Part shown: piece by piece, positions 27,201-36,636 of the stretch | How the letters are laid out: each line of letters opens with the position of its first letter | Numbering within the stretch: the first letter of the stretch is position 1 | Source of the DNA: a virus | Taxonomy: Duplodnaviria; Caudoviricetes | IMG/VR virus record: IMGVR_UViG_2936345690_000002 | DNA length: 64,000 nt | Reading direction: 5' to 3' (one strand) | Notes under the pieces: model-generated | What the model was told of the DNA's origin: nothing | Seen by the model: only the letters and a program-made list of their open reading frames with translations | The model's database searches: none | Translations under genes and position numbers: made by a program

Positions 27201-29326
27201 GCTGCTCTCACGGCTTTCAGTTCAGGGGGCACGCGATACGTGCGGTCTTCCGCCTTCACGCGGTAGGTTCTGTCATCGGCGGGCACGCGGTAGGTGCGAT
27301 CCGGCGGCGTCGAGCCGGGATCGGCGGAGGAGAATTCGCTCCCGGCGGTCAGCAGTTCGCTCCGCGATGCATTCATGGCGCTGAAGGCGGTCAAGCCATC
27401 GGTGGCCGTCAGGGCTTCCGCGAAGGCATGGCCATAGGCCAGCGAGGCAGTGGCGCTGTCGGTTGCGGCGATGTCCTCTGCGTAGCTCGCCGCCTGCGTC
27501 TGAAGAGTGGCGAGGAAATCCTCGGCGGCGGCGGTATCGTCGTAGGCGGCCGCCATCGTCTGGGCGGCCTCCATCCAGTCTTCGGCCAAGGCCGATTCTT
27601 CCATGTCGAGGAAGAGGGTCACGGTATCGGTCAGGCTTTCGGCTGCGGCCGAGTTTTCGTCGTAAGCCGCTTCTTGCGTGGCGATTACGGACTGGGCATC
27701 GCTCGCGGTGGCGGCTTCGCTCACGAACACGTCGTAGGTCTGCGGCCCCACAATCACGTTGCCATCGTAATTGTCATTCGCCGCGAGTGGTTCGTCGTAA
27801 GGCGGAACCAGCGTGGCGGTTGTAGCAAGCGACTCTGCGGCGGCGGCATCCTCGCTGATCGCTGCGTCCATCGCGTGCGCAGCGGCGTAACTTTCGGTGC
27901 TGGTTAGACTTTCGCTCAAAGACGGGTCGAAACTTACGGTGCCGTCGATTCCATCCTCTGCCGAAGCGGATTCGCTGAAGGCTGGGATGAGTGTGGCATC
28001 CACCGCCAGGGGAACGTCCGGCAACACCTCTTCGAGGATGGCCGTATTGGCCATCAGGGAGACCGCTACGGCATCGTCTGCGGCAATGTCCCCTGATAGC
28101 TCCTCTTCGAGTAACAGCCCGCCAAACAGGCTCTCCGTGGCCGTCACGGCTTCGCTCAAGGCTGCATCGGCGATTGCCGTGGCGGCCAGACTCTCCCCGG
28201 CGGCCGCGGATTCGGCTCGCGTGGTGTTGGCGGTCAGCGCCGGGCTAGTGGATTCTGCGGCGGTAAGGGCTTCGGAGAAAGTGTCGTCGTAGGTCGAGCC
28301 GGAAGAGGCGGTGAATTCCGCCACCTGCCAGCCGGGCGTGGAGGCGACCGTTCCGGCATTTCCCTTCCGCGCGGTGACCGTCGTTCCGTTGGTCAGCTCC
28401 GCCGAGGCGAGAATCTGGTAGGTGCTGCTCCCTGTCGTCGAATAGCCGAGGAACGATAGCGCCGATTTGGTCGTATCCACGCCCGTAATCGCGCTGGCGG
28501 CCGAGGTCGCGGAGGTAACCGCCGTTGTCCCCTGCTGGCGGCTGGCCAGCACGCCGGGGACAAACTCGATCACGGTATAGTTGACCGTGCGCGACGACGA
28601 AGATGTGCCCGCGCGCGTCAGCGTGACGGAGGTGCTGCTGGCGAGCTGGAGATGGTAGGAAAATCCGTTCCATGTGCTCGTCGTCGTGCTCACCCCGCCC
28701 CAGATCAGGAGAGTATTGGCGGTATTGACGCTCGAAATCGTGTCCGTGCTGCTAGTGGTGTTCACCGCGAGCGTCACCGAGCGTTTCTGCACGCTCTGTA
28801 TCACGGACGGCTGGAATTCCACCACGCAGTAGGCCGCCGTGACCGTGTTGACCCCGGCGCTTCCGCGTGTGGCCGTGACCGTCGTGCCGTTCGTCAGCTC
28901 AAGTCGCGGGAAGGTGTTGGTCGGTGCCGTGCCGGTGCTGGAGTTGCTGCTGCCGAGGAAGAACACCGCCGAACGGCTGGTATCCACCGAGGCAATCGTG
29001 GCCGTGTTGCTCGCAACGCCGGAGGCGAGGGTGATCGTCCCCTGCTGCACGGAAGCCACCAGCGCGCTGGAGAATTCCACGACCTGACCCCGGACGATGC
29101 AGTTGGTGCCGGTGCCGCCGCGCGTGGCGGTGACGGTGGTGCTGTTCGTCAGCTCGGCGCGGGCGATGACGTTGTTCATCAGCCCGCCGGAATCGGTGCT
29201 CGTGCTCCCGCCGAAGAAGATGACGGACCTGGCCGTATCGACGGCGGCTATCGTGTCAGTGCCCGTGGCCGCGCCGCTGCCGAGCGTTATCTCGAACGGC
29301 TGGGATGACGCGATATAGGAGGCCAT
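27197..29326 (-). CDS. repeat-rich fibre/whisker-like virion protein
   Basis: four ~85-aa Ser/Thr-rich repeats (ELTN.TTVTA.R...VVEF) then acidic ~21-aa repeats. Confidence 0.7.
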   Translation of the reverse strand: MASYIASSQPFEITLGSGAATGTDTIAAVDTARSVIFFGGSTSTDSGGLMNNVIARAELTNSTTVTATRGGTGTNCIVRGQVVEFSSALVASVQQGTITLASGVASNTATIASVDTSRSAVFFLGSSNSSTGTAPTNTFPRLELTNGTTVTATRGSAGVNTVTAAYCVVEFQPSVIQSVQKRSVTLAVNTTSSTDTISSVNTANTLLIWGGVSTTTSTWNGFSYHLQLASSTSVTLTRAGTSSSSRTVNYTVIEFVPGVLASRQQGTTAVTSATSAASAITGVDTTKSALSFLGYSTTGSSTYQILASAELTNGTTVTARKGNAGTVASTPGWQVAEFTASSGSTYDDTFSEALTAAESTSPALTANTTRAESAAAGESLAATAIADAALSEAVTATESLFGGLLLEEELSGDIAADDAVAVSLMANTAILEEVLPDVPLAVDATLIPAFSESASAEDGIDGTVSFDPSLSESLTSTESYAAAHAMDAAISEDAAAAESLATTATLVPPYDEPLAANDNYDGNVIVGPQTYDVFVSEAATASDAQSVIATQEAAYDENSAAAESLTDTVTLFLDMEESALAEDWMEAAQTMAAAYDDTAAAEDFLATLQTQAASYAEDIAATDSATASLAYGHAFAEALTATDGLTAFSAMNASRSELLTAGSEFSSADPGSTPPDRTYRVPADDRTYRVKAEDRTYRVPPELKAVRAA

Positions 29327-29338
29327 CGAAGGCCCCGC

Positions 29339-29875
29339 TTAGCTCACGCTGACGGTCGGAGTGACGTTCAGCGTATCGCCATTTGCCACGGAGCGGGATA
29401 CGGCGAAATCCCCTGCGCTATAAAGAACGCCGGAGGTGCCGGTATTGGCCGAGGCGATAAACGCGCCCGCGACCGTCGCGGTGCCGGTGATGGAGAAGGA
29501 CACGGCGGTGGCGGTGTTGGAGCCGTTGGTCGTGGTGCCGAACGTAATCGCCGGGCGGTTGCCGGAATAGGGCGTGACTTCCGACCACCCGCCATGCGAG
29601 GAGAGCGTGTCGGCGGCGGCTGCGGAGCCTGTCCCCTTAAGCCCCAGATACCACGCGGCGGTATAGGCGGAGCCTTTAAAGTATTTATCCACGAGGTCGG
29701 TCTTGCCCGCGGTGGTCACCACGTTGGTGAAGCTGTCTTCCCACTTGAGGTTGCCGTCGGCGTCGAAGCACTCGAACTTGTAGGTGTATTTGGGGGCGTC
29801 CAGGCCGCTTTCAAAGCCGGGGTTCATCACCGCGCCCGCGTTTACGGAATCGCTGACGTTGGAGTTCTCATTCAT
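29339..29875 (-). CDS. putative collar/neck-associated virion protein
   Basis: KWED..NVVTT.G, WYLGL, GVLYSAGDF, GDTLNVT. Confidence 0.65.
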   Translation of the reverse strand: MNENSNVSDSVNAGAVMNPGFESGLDAPKYTYKFECFDADGNLKWEDSFTNVVTTAGKTDLVDKYFKGSAYTAAWYLGLKGTGSAAAADTLSSHGGWSEVTPYSGNRPAITFGTTTNGSNTATAVSFSITGTATVAGAFIASANTGTSGVLYSAGDFAVSRSVANGDTLNVTPTVSVS

Positions 29876-29884
29876 CTGTCCTCG

Positions 29885-30223
29885 CTAACTGACTGGGTTT
29901 TTCTCGACGCAGAGCAGCCGCAGGAACCGGCCCTCCTCGTTCTCGTTGATGACTTCCTTGATGTGCAGCACGCGCTCGCCGTAGAGCAGGCGCATGGCGT
30001 TGGTGACGCCGGCGCGGTAGCGGATCATCACCTTGTGGGTGAGGGGCGTTTGCAGCTGCATCGCCTGCATCCGCTCGTAGCCCTTCATCGGCATGATCTC
30101 CGCCCAGGTGCTGGCGACGTTGCCCCAGCTGTCGGTGAAGCCGCCCTGGCCGTCCTCGGTCTGGGTCAGGCTCTGGAGCGTCACCCGCTTGTTCATGCGG
30201 GACATCGCGTTGGTGCAGTTCAC
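29885..30223 (-). CDS. head closure / head-tail adaptor (SPP1 gp16-like)
   Basis: MNKRVTLQ, DGQGG, THKVMIRYR; GTGA overlap. Confidence 0.88.
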   Translation of the reverse strand: MNCTNAMSRMNKRVTLQSLTQTEDGQGGFTDSWGNVASTWAEIMPMKGYERMQAMQLQTPLTHKVMIRYRAGVTNAMRLLYGERVLHIKEVINENEEGRFLRLLCVEKNPVS

Positions 30224-30864
30224 AGGCACTCGACGCGGTACTGGCGGAGCAGCTGCTGGGCTGCGGGCGGCACGTCGCAACCGCATTGGCCGCGCGTTTC
30301 GTACAGGCTCGCCGCGTGCATCTGGATGGCCATGCGGATCGCGGGCGGCACGTCAGATGCGGCATCGCCATAGCCGTTGATGGTCACAATCGCCACGGCG
30401 GCGACGGAGCGGAGATTGGTCGGCCAGGTCGCTGTTTCGGCCAGCACGATCCGGTTACCCGCCGTGTCGGCGGTATAATTCGAGGGGTCGAACGTGCTGG
30501 CGGTATTGGCTGTATCGTAGGTGGTGACGCTGGTGATGCTTTGCACCGGCGCGCGGGGCAGCTCGATTTCGTCGGGCAGCTCGCCGTAGAGGGCGGTGAC
30601 CGGCAGGTCATAGACGCCTTCGGGCAGGTCATAGACCATACCGCAGCGGTTCAAATCGAGCGAGAGTTTCCAGCTCTGTGTGATGAACGCCCGGCGGGTG
30701 TATTCCTCCGCAGCCTGGCGCGCCACGGTGATGAAGCTGTCGATCAGGGCTTCTTCCGCGCTCGCGGCGTCGTCGTCCAGCCGCGCGAACGCGGCAAGCT
30801 CGCTCACCGTTACCGGCTCGATGGCCGGGGCGGTGATGAGCGTCAGGTGGCGCCGGGCGGACAC
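30220..30864 (-). CDS. head-tail connector (phiE125 gp8-like)
   Basis: PAIEPVT, RAFITQSW, GYGDAASDVP, LYETR. Confidence 0.88.
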   Translation of the reverse strand: MSARRHLTLITAPAIEPVTVSELAAFARLDDDAASAEEALIDSFITVARQAAEEYTRRAFITQSWKLSLDLNRCGMVYDLPEGVYDLPVTALYGELPDEIELPRAPVQSITSVTTYDTANTASTFDPSNYTADTAGNRIVLAETATWPTNLRSVAAVAIVTINGYGDAASDVPPAIRMAIQMHAASLYETRGQCGCDVPPAAQQLLRQYRVECL

Positions 30865-30866
30865 GG

Positions 30867-31190
30867 TTATTTCTTACCCTTGTTGGCGGGTGCGCGCTGG
30901 ATGGCCTTGTTCTCGGGCGCGAAGTCCAGGGATTTGGTTTGCTCGATCTCGATGGGATCGCCCGGTACGGCCGTTGCGCCTTCCGGCAGTTCGTCTTCCT
31001 GGAGCTTTTCTCCTTCGGCCAGCGTGCGCGGCTGGAGTTCGGTCACCAGCTCCACCGCCCCAAGCTCCACGAAGCAGCGAAGCAGCGTTTCACCGAGCGG
31101 GTATTGGTTGCCCGCCTCATAGGTGCGGGGGTAGATGTCGCCCTCGTCCACGCCGAGCATGGTCTTCAGCATCGTCACGGTTTGCTTCAT
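30867..31190 (-). CDS. hypothetical protein
   Basis: APENK / APANK tail often seen after capsid genes. Confidence 0.65.
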   Translation of the reverse strand: MKQTVTMLKTMLGVDEGDIYPRTYEAGNQYPLGETLLRCFVELGAVELVTELQPRTLAEGEKLQEDELPEGATAVPGDPIEIEQTKSLDFAPENKAIQRAPANKGKK

Positions 31191-31245
31191 AAGAATCCCG
31201 AAAAATGTGAGGGAGCCGGAGCCCCCTCACTCAGTTGGCAATGGC

Positions 31246-31695
31246 TTAGGTGTAGGCGTTCACCGGAGCCTGGCGGTTGCGGCCGCGCAGGCCGAGCACG
31301 CCAACGGGCGTTCCGGTCGAGTGGGTGCCAGTAACGTTGAACACGCCGCGGATGTAGCGCTTGCTGCCTTTGTAGCCGACCGCGAAGACGTTGGAATCCT
31401 CGGCGGGGGCATCGATCACAGCCACCGTGCCCGGGTTGGTGCCGGTGACATAGTTGGTCAGGTCGGCATTGGCCACGTCCGTCCAGTTGGTGTTGTCGTC
31501 GGACTCTTCGACTTCGAGCTCGATATAGACCGAGCCGGAGAGCGTATCGGCGGAATTGCCGACATCGAACAGCAGCACCGCGTCGTCGCAATCCTGCAAA
31601 TCCAGGCCGGTGGAGTTGGCATCCGCCGTGCGAACGGCAGGAATCAACAGGGAGATGAACCCCGTGTTGGCGTAGAGGGAAGTGTGGTTCGGCAT
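31246..31695 (-). CDS. putative capsid decoration protein
   Basis: follows the capsid gene; EESDD, GYKGSKRYIR. Confidence 0.65.
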   Translation of the reverse strand: MPNHTSLYANTGFISLLIPAVRTADANSTGLDLQDCDDAVLLFDVGNSADTLSGSVYIELEVEESDDNTNWTDVANADLTNYVTGTNPGTVAVIDAPAEDSNVFAVGYKGSKRYIRGVFNVTGTHSTGTPVGVLGLRGRNRQAPVNAYT

Positions 31696-31778
31696 AAGGA
31701 ATCCTTTCCTTGGTGTTCAGGTGGGAGCGGGTTGCCCCGCCCCCGGTTAGTCACTCACTGTTACTGGGCTTCAGCAGG

Positions 31779-33080
31779 TTAATTGCTGAGTTTCAGCAGC
31801 TTGTAAGCCTCAAAATTGATCACAGCCCCGCCGACACGTTTGGTCGTGTAGAACGAGATGTACGGCTTGTCCGTGAACGGATCGCGCAGCACGCGGATGC
31901 CCATGCGGTCGACGATCTGGTAGGCGCGCTTGAAGTCGCCGTAGGCCACGCTGAGCGAGGCGGAAGCCGCAACCGGCATGTCGTCGGCGAAGTAAATCTT
32001 CTTTCCGAGCACCATGGTTTCCAGCCCGGCGTTCTTGTCGAGCGTCAGGTTGAAATACAGTCGGTTTTCCGCGTCCTTCAGCTTCATGATCGCGCCCCAG
32101 GAGGAACGCTTCATCAGGAACACCGCGCCCGCCTGGTACGGCTCTTTCAGGCCGTTCTGCAGGGAGATCAGCCCGTCGATGGTGAACGCGCCGGCGGAAC
32201 CGGAGACGATCTGTTCCACCTGCTGGGCGCCGATATCGGTGCCTGCGGTGTAGCTCAGGATGCCCTTGGGCTTCAGCACGCCGGTGCCGGAGATGAACGC
32301 GGTTGCCTCATCGCGGGCGAATTTGTCGACCACCTTGCTGCCGAGCCACGACTCCATGTCGATGCCCGCGTCGTCCAGGATCTTCTGGGTCGCCTTCGGG
32401 TTGGCGTAGAGCTCGTTGACCGGGATGGTCAGCTTGCCCAGCTGCGGGGTGCTGGTCGTGGAACGCGATCCGGTTTCGCCCACCCAGCCGGAGCCTGCCT
32501 CGTCGTTGTCGAGGATAACTTCATAGCTGTCGGTGCCGATGGTGATCACGCTCGCCAGCTGGCGCATCGGCGAGGATTCCCACACCTTCGTCTGGATGAT
32601 CCCGCCGAGTTCCGGCATCACCACGAAGCCGCCGCTCGGGTCGGCGTTGACCGACAGGGCTTTGAGTTCTGGGTTGGCATCGGCCTTCTGGGCGATGAAA
32701 TCGGCGAAGTCTTCGCGGTTCGCGCTCTTGGTGCGGGTGAACTGGTTGAACAGCGTGTTGGCCTGGGCTTTGGCTTCCTTGGATTTGTCCTCGGAGGTGC
32801 CGGGCGCGGGCAGGCGGTTGAACGCCGTTTTCAGGTCGCTCAGTTCCTTATCGTGCTCGACCTGCTTGGCTTCCAGCGCCTTGTTCTGGTCTTCCAGGGC
32901 TTTGGTGCGAGCCGCCTCTTTCTGGCTCTGCTCCAGCGCTTTGCCGATGTCGGTCTGGATGGCATTGAACTTCGCTTCGTCGAACGCGTCGAGCTTGCCG
33001 AGCTTCGGTGCCAGGTCGGTTTTGAAGGCTTCGAACGCGTTCAGCGCATTCTTGACTTCGGTGGTTACATCATTGGTCAT
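31779..33080 (-). CDS. HK97-family major capsid protein
   Basis: coiled-coil delta domain, GGFVV.PE, ATQKILDD, YGDFKRAY.IVDR.G, TTKRVGG. Confidence 0.95.
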   Translation of the reverse strand: MTNDVTTEVKNALNAFEAFKTDLAPKLGKLDAFDEAKFNAIQTDIGKALEQSQKEAARTKALEDQNKALEAKQVEHDKELSDLKTAFNRLPAPGTSEDKSKEAKAQANTLFNQFTRTKSANREDFADFIAQKADANPELKALSVNADPSGGFVVMPELGGIIQTKVWESSPMRQLASVITIGTDSYEVILDNDEAGSGWVGETGSRSTTSTPQLGKLTIPVNELYANPKATQKILDDAGIDMESWLGSKVVDKFARDEATAFISGTGVLKPKGILSYTAGTDIGAQQVEQIVSGSAGAFTIDGLISLQNGLKEPYQAGAVFLMKRSSWGAIMKLKDAENRLYFNLTLDKNAGLETMVLGKKIYFADDMPVAASASLSVAYGDFKRAYQIVDRMGIRVLRDPFTDKPYISFYTTKRVGGAVINFEAYKLLKLSN

Positions 33081-33088
33081 AGGTCCTC

Positions 33089-33727
33089 TTACAGGGTGAG
33101 TTGTTGGGTAAAGCGGCCGAATAGCTCGGCCAGTTCCTTGTGCTCTTCCTCCTCAGCCTCCCGCTCAGGGTTCAGCGCCTTGAAGCCGCGCAGCGCGATG
33201 GTGGTCGCGTCGTCGCGGCTGTATCCTCCTGCCTCCCGCAGGAAATCCTCGAACTGCCGGATGGTTTCCGGCTTGCTCTTCACTCGTGTGATGTTCGCTT
33301 TCTCGTTGGCCGGGAAGGTCACCAGCGACACTTCCCACAGCTCCAGGTCGAGCAGCTTGCGGGTGCCGTTGGCCTGGTCGACTTCGTATTTCTTGGTCGA
33401 ATAGCCGATGGACAGGCCCTTCATCGCCTTCATCTTCGCCAGCTGGTAGGCTTCCTCGCCGAGCGGCGTGTTCGCGAACGTGCCTTCCAGGTAGAGCCCG
33501 CGCGTTCGCTCCTCGTAGACGTCCCAGACGCCGGGGATCATGTCGCTGCGGTGCTGCCAGAGCATGGCCGGCTGGCGGTCTTTCATGCTGCGCAGGAATG
33601 CACCCGGCATGACGATGTCGCCGTAGCTGTCGGTGTTGCCGAACACGGAGCCGTAGCCGCATACTTTCCGGCTGCTGTCGTCGGCCTTCAGCTCGATCAG
33701 CTCGAAGCTTTTGAATTCACGTTCCAT
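33089..33727 (-). CDS. HK97 prohead protease
   Basis: GYGSVFG..D.YGD, MLWQH, GLSIGY, EVSLVTFPAN. Confidence 0.95.
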   Translation of the reverse strand: MEREFKSFELIELKADDSSRKVCGYGSVFGNTDSYGDIVMPGAFLRSMKDRQPAMLWQHRSDMIPGVWDVYEERTRGLYLEGTFANTPLGEEAYQLAKMKAMKGLSIGYSTKKYEVDQANGTRKLLDLELWEVSLVTFPANEKANITRVKSKPETIRQFEDFLREAGGYSRDDATTIALRGFKALNPEREAEEEEHKELAELFGRFTQQLTL

Positions 33728-33752
33728 GGATAGTCCCCTGTCTGTGGGCAAT

Positions 33753-33776
33753 AAAAAACCCCGCCGGAGCGGGGTT
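33753..33776 (-). terminator. intrinsic terminator inside the late operon
   Basis: AACCCCGC-TCCG-GCGGGGTT followed by a T-tract on the minus strand. Confidence 0.75.
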
Positions 33777-33780
33777 ATGA

Positions 33781-34104
33781 TTAGAAAGTGGCTATCGGCT
33801 CCTCAGCGGACTGGGATTTACGCTCCCGTGCTTTTAGAATCGATTCGATCACTTCTGGATGCGATGCGCCGAACGCGATATCGATCTCACCATCCGCGCT
33901 TTTGCTGAAATTGCATACGACGGGGTGGACAAGGCCTTCCGGCTCCTGCTCCGGTAGCGTCTCGTGGTCCGTCACCTGCACGGTAATCGTGTTCTGGATC
34001 AGGTCTTCCCACGTGATAGCAACCTTTTCTACCTTACATTTCCCGCCAAACACTGCTTCAAGCAGTGGTACGGAAATGCGTAGAATTCCAGCCCTCTTTG
34101 TCAT
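33781..34104 (-). CDS. hypothetical protein (moron-like)
   Basis: lower GC; ATGA coupling; followed by the terminator. Confidence 0.6.
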   Translation of the reverse strand: MTKRAGILRISVPLLEAVFGGKCKVEKVAITWEDLIQNTITVQVTDHETLPEQEPEGLVHPVVCNFSKSADGEIDIAFGASHPEVIESILKARERKSQSAEEPIATF

Positions 34105-34844
34105 TCCGCCTCACTGTAAATAATTGAGCACCTGCACGCTATCGTGTTACCCGCACTCCCAGCCGGGTCGCCCGGCCGGTCCATCAGCTCGCCGCCGACG
34201 TTGAATTTCTCGTCCAGCGGGATCGCCGGGTGATTCGCCATCGCAAGGTGCTCCGGGCGCGTGCGGCTATCCGAGGTCGGCAGCCAGGCTTTGAGCATCT
34301 TCATGTCCAGCTGCTGCTCGGCATCCCGCACGCTCTCGATGCTGCCGTAGGTGGCGGCGGCGTGCGTCTCGGTGCGTGCGATCACGCTGGCCCGGCGCGG
34401 CGTCAGGCTGGTCAGCTTGCGGATATTCGAGGCGATGGCCTGCGTGCCCAGCCCCTCGCCGATCCCGGCTTCGATGGCAGCGGCCACGGTATCGCGGTCG
34501 GTGTCGGTGATCATGCGTGCTTTTCGCAGCGCTTCCCGGCGAACCCAGGAGAACATCAGGGCTTCCAGCGGCGTGAGTGCCGATTTCTTGCCCTTGGCGA
34601 TGCCGGAGAGCGCCAGCTTGCCAAAATTCGCGGTCGTTTCCGTGTAATGGGCGAGTAGCGTGTTGAAGACCCGCGTGCGGTGCTTCTCGTTCAGGTGGGC
34701 GGGCACGGTGCCGGTGTCGGCCACGGATCTGGCGACCTGGCGGAGGTAGGAATTGAGCGCGGTACCGGCCTTCAGGCGGAGCTTGTGTTCGTAGAACGTC
34801 ATCCCGCGCTGGAAGGCGACGTGCTGACGGCGGCGGGAGAGCAT
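34101..34844 (-). CDS. minor head protein (SPP1 gp7 / Mu F-like)
   Basis: RASVIARTETH, KAW..D.RTRPEH, PGDP..ACRC. Confidence 0.9.
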   Translation of the reverse strand: MLSRRRQHVAFQRGMTFYEHKLRLKAGTALNSYLRQVARSVADTGTVPAHLNEKHRTRVFNTLLAHYTETTANFGKLALSGIAKGKKSALTPLEALMFSWVRREALRKARMITDTDRDTVAAAIEAGIGEGLGTQAIASNIRKLTSLTPRRASVIARTETHAAATYGSIESVRDAEQQLDMKMLKAWLPTSDSRTRPEHLAMANHPAIPLDEKFNVGGELMDRPGDPAGSAGNTIACRCSIIYSEAE

Positions 34845-35066
34845 CTAGGCTTTGTGTCCGAGCCACATCATCGTGGCCATGAAAGCGAGTGCGGCAATCA
34901 GAACGACGGCCAGGATAGCCGCGTTTTGCGAGTCCATCCCGCCCGGACGGGGGCGCGGGTTCTGCGTCGGAGCAGGCCGGTTGTAGGCGCTCACGTCCTC
35001 CGCAGGCATAGGGCGTTTCGGCTTGTGCACAGTTCCGTCGGGCAGGTATATCAGTTTTTCGGTCAT
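34845..35066 (-). CDS. small membrane protein
   Basis: C-terminal TM segment. Confidence 0.5.
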   Translation of the reverse strand: MTEKLIYLPDGTVHKPKRPMPAEDVSAYNRPAPTQNPRPRPGGMDSQNAAILAVVLIAALAFMATMMWLGHKA

Positions 35067-35069
35067 AAC

Positions 35070-35255
35070 TCAGGCAGGCAGCAGGAAATACGGCTGCCAG
35101 AACCACGGGCCGAACCAGCAGTTCAGCCGCACCAGCTGCACGAATTCATCCTGGTAGACGATGTCGAGTGCGGAACCGGCCTGGGCGTTCGAGCCCGGGA
35201 ACTGGATGCGGATGACCTTGTCGTCCTCTTCGATAATCTCGACCTCAAGCGTCAT
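35070..35255 (-). CDS. hypothetical protein
   Basis: MTLEVEIIEEDDK with RBS GAGG at the portal 3' end. Confidence 0.45.
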   Translation of the reverse strand: MTLEVEIIEEDDKVIRIQFPGSNAQAGSALDIVYQDEFVQLVRLNCWFGPWFWQPYFLLPA

Positions 35256-36633
35256 CCTCGTCCTCTTCTTCTTCCGCCGGTTTAGGCTTCTTGGGCTTCT
35301 TCGGTTTCGGCTCGGGCTCAGGTTCCGGCGACGGCGCATCTTCCTCGCCATCGGCATCGCTGCCCGGCTCGGCCAGATCGGGGATTTCGCCGGCCAGTTC
35401 CAGCGGGATGTTGGTGGACGGCACCAGCACCACGTCGCCGCCGTCCACGTCATCCAGGCCCATCGCCCGGCGTTTCTCGTTGACGGTCATGTAGGTGGCA
35501 GCGTTGATCCGGTCACCCTTTTCCTTGCGGCGCGGCTCCAGCGCGGGAATCGCCTCTTCGTCGTACCAGATCACCAAATCGTCGCCGAACAGCGGGGCCA
35601 GCCAGTTGTTCAGCTCCTCGAGATCGCTCTCCAGGAAGGGGATCACGGTGTCGGAGTAATAGGCGACCTTGGCTTCACCGTAATTAGAATATGTGCTTTC
35701 GCCCGGGATGTTGACCAGCTGCGGCGGGGTGTGGAACACGCCGGCGATGAAGCGGGCGGTAACCAGCATCGTCTCCCGGTGGTCCATGTCCTTCGGGCTG
35801 AGCGAAATCGGCGTCCATTTCATGCCGCCTTCGAGCACCATGGGCTTGCCGGCGTTGTGCTTGCCGGAGAACCGGTCGTCGAGCATGCGCTTGAGGCTGG
35901 AGCGCTGGTCATCGGTCAGGGATACCGGCTTGCCTTCGCGGTCGACAATCTCCAGCGCGCCGGAGGGGCGAGCTTCGTTATCGAGCAGCGCCTTGTTCCA
36001 GGCTTGCCCGGAATTGAACGTGTCCACGCCGAACGCGGCGGCCACCAGCGGCGGCAGGCCGATCGACGGGTTGAGCGGGTTGACGGTCTTCAGGTGCAGG
36101 ATGGCGCACTTGCCGGTGATCCGGTCGACCGGGAAGCGGATCGGCTTGGCCTGGCCGGGGCGGTAGTCGTACCAGGCGGGAAGCGCGCTCTGGGGCTGCG
36201 CCTGCACCGTCACCGACTGCGTCGGCAGGAGCCATAATTCTTTCGGCGGGTTGCCCTTGCGGCTGAACGGGTCGATGCCCTCGCCGTGGACGTAGGCATT
36301 CCCGCCGATCAGGCGGTAGGTGGCCATCGCCTCGCGGAAGCTCCGGCCGCCCGCCATCGGGTTGGGGCGTTCCAGCAGTTTCAGCAGCGGATGGTTCTCC
36401 AGCTTCACCAGCTTGCCGCCCTGCTTGCGGTAGACGTGCAGGTCCACCGAGGCGGACGCCCTGGCGAGCTTGGTCACGCAGGCGTAGACGATCGGGTTCT
36501 GCTCGTAGCCGTCCTTGGCCAGCAGGTCGAAGCGGCGTTCCAGCCAGCGGGCCGCGCCGATGCCGTAAAGGAACGTGGCGTTCTTGACGGCGAATTGATC
36601 GACCGCTTTGGAGCGGCGGGTGAACCAGGCCAC
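35245..36633 (-). CDS. HK97-family portal protein
   Basis: NPIVYACV, HPLLKLL.RPNP, NEARPSG, LEGGMKW, TYSNY, TVNEKR. Confidence 0.95.
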   Translation of the reverse strand: MAWFTRRSKAVDQFAVKNATFLYGIGAARWLERRFDLLAKDGYEQNPIVYACVTKLARASASVDLHVYRKQGGKLVKLENHPLLKLLERPNPMAGGRSFREAMATYRLIGGNAYVHGEGIDPFSRKGNPPKELWLLPTQSVTVQAQPQSALPAWYDYRPGQAKPIRFPVDRITGKCAILHLKTVNPLNPSIGLPPLVAAAFGVDTFNSGQAWNKALLDNEARPSGALEIVDREGKPVSLTDDQRSSLKRMLDDRFSGKHNAGKPMVLEGGMKWTPISLSPKDMDHRETMLVTARFIAGVFHTPPQLVNIPGESTYSNYGEAKVAYYSDTVIPFLESDLEELNNWLAPLFGDDLVIWYDEEAIPALEPRRKEKGDRINAATYMTVNEKRRAMGLDDVDGGDVVLVPSTNIPLELAGEIPDLAEPGSDADGEEDAPSPEPEPEPKPKKPKKPKPAEEEEDEDDA

Positions 36634-36636
36634 GGG

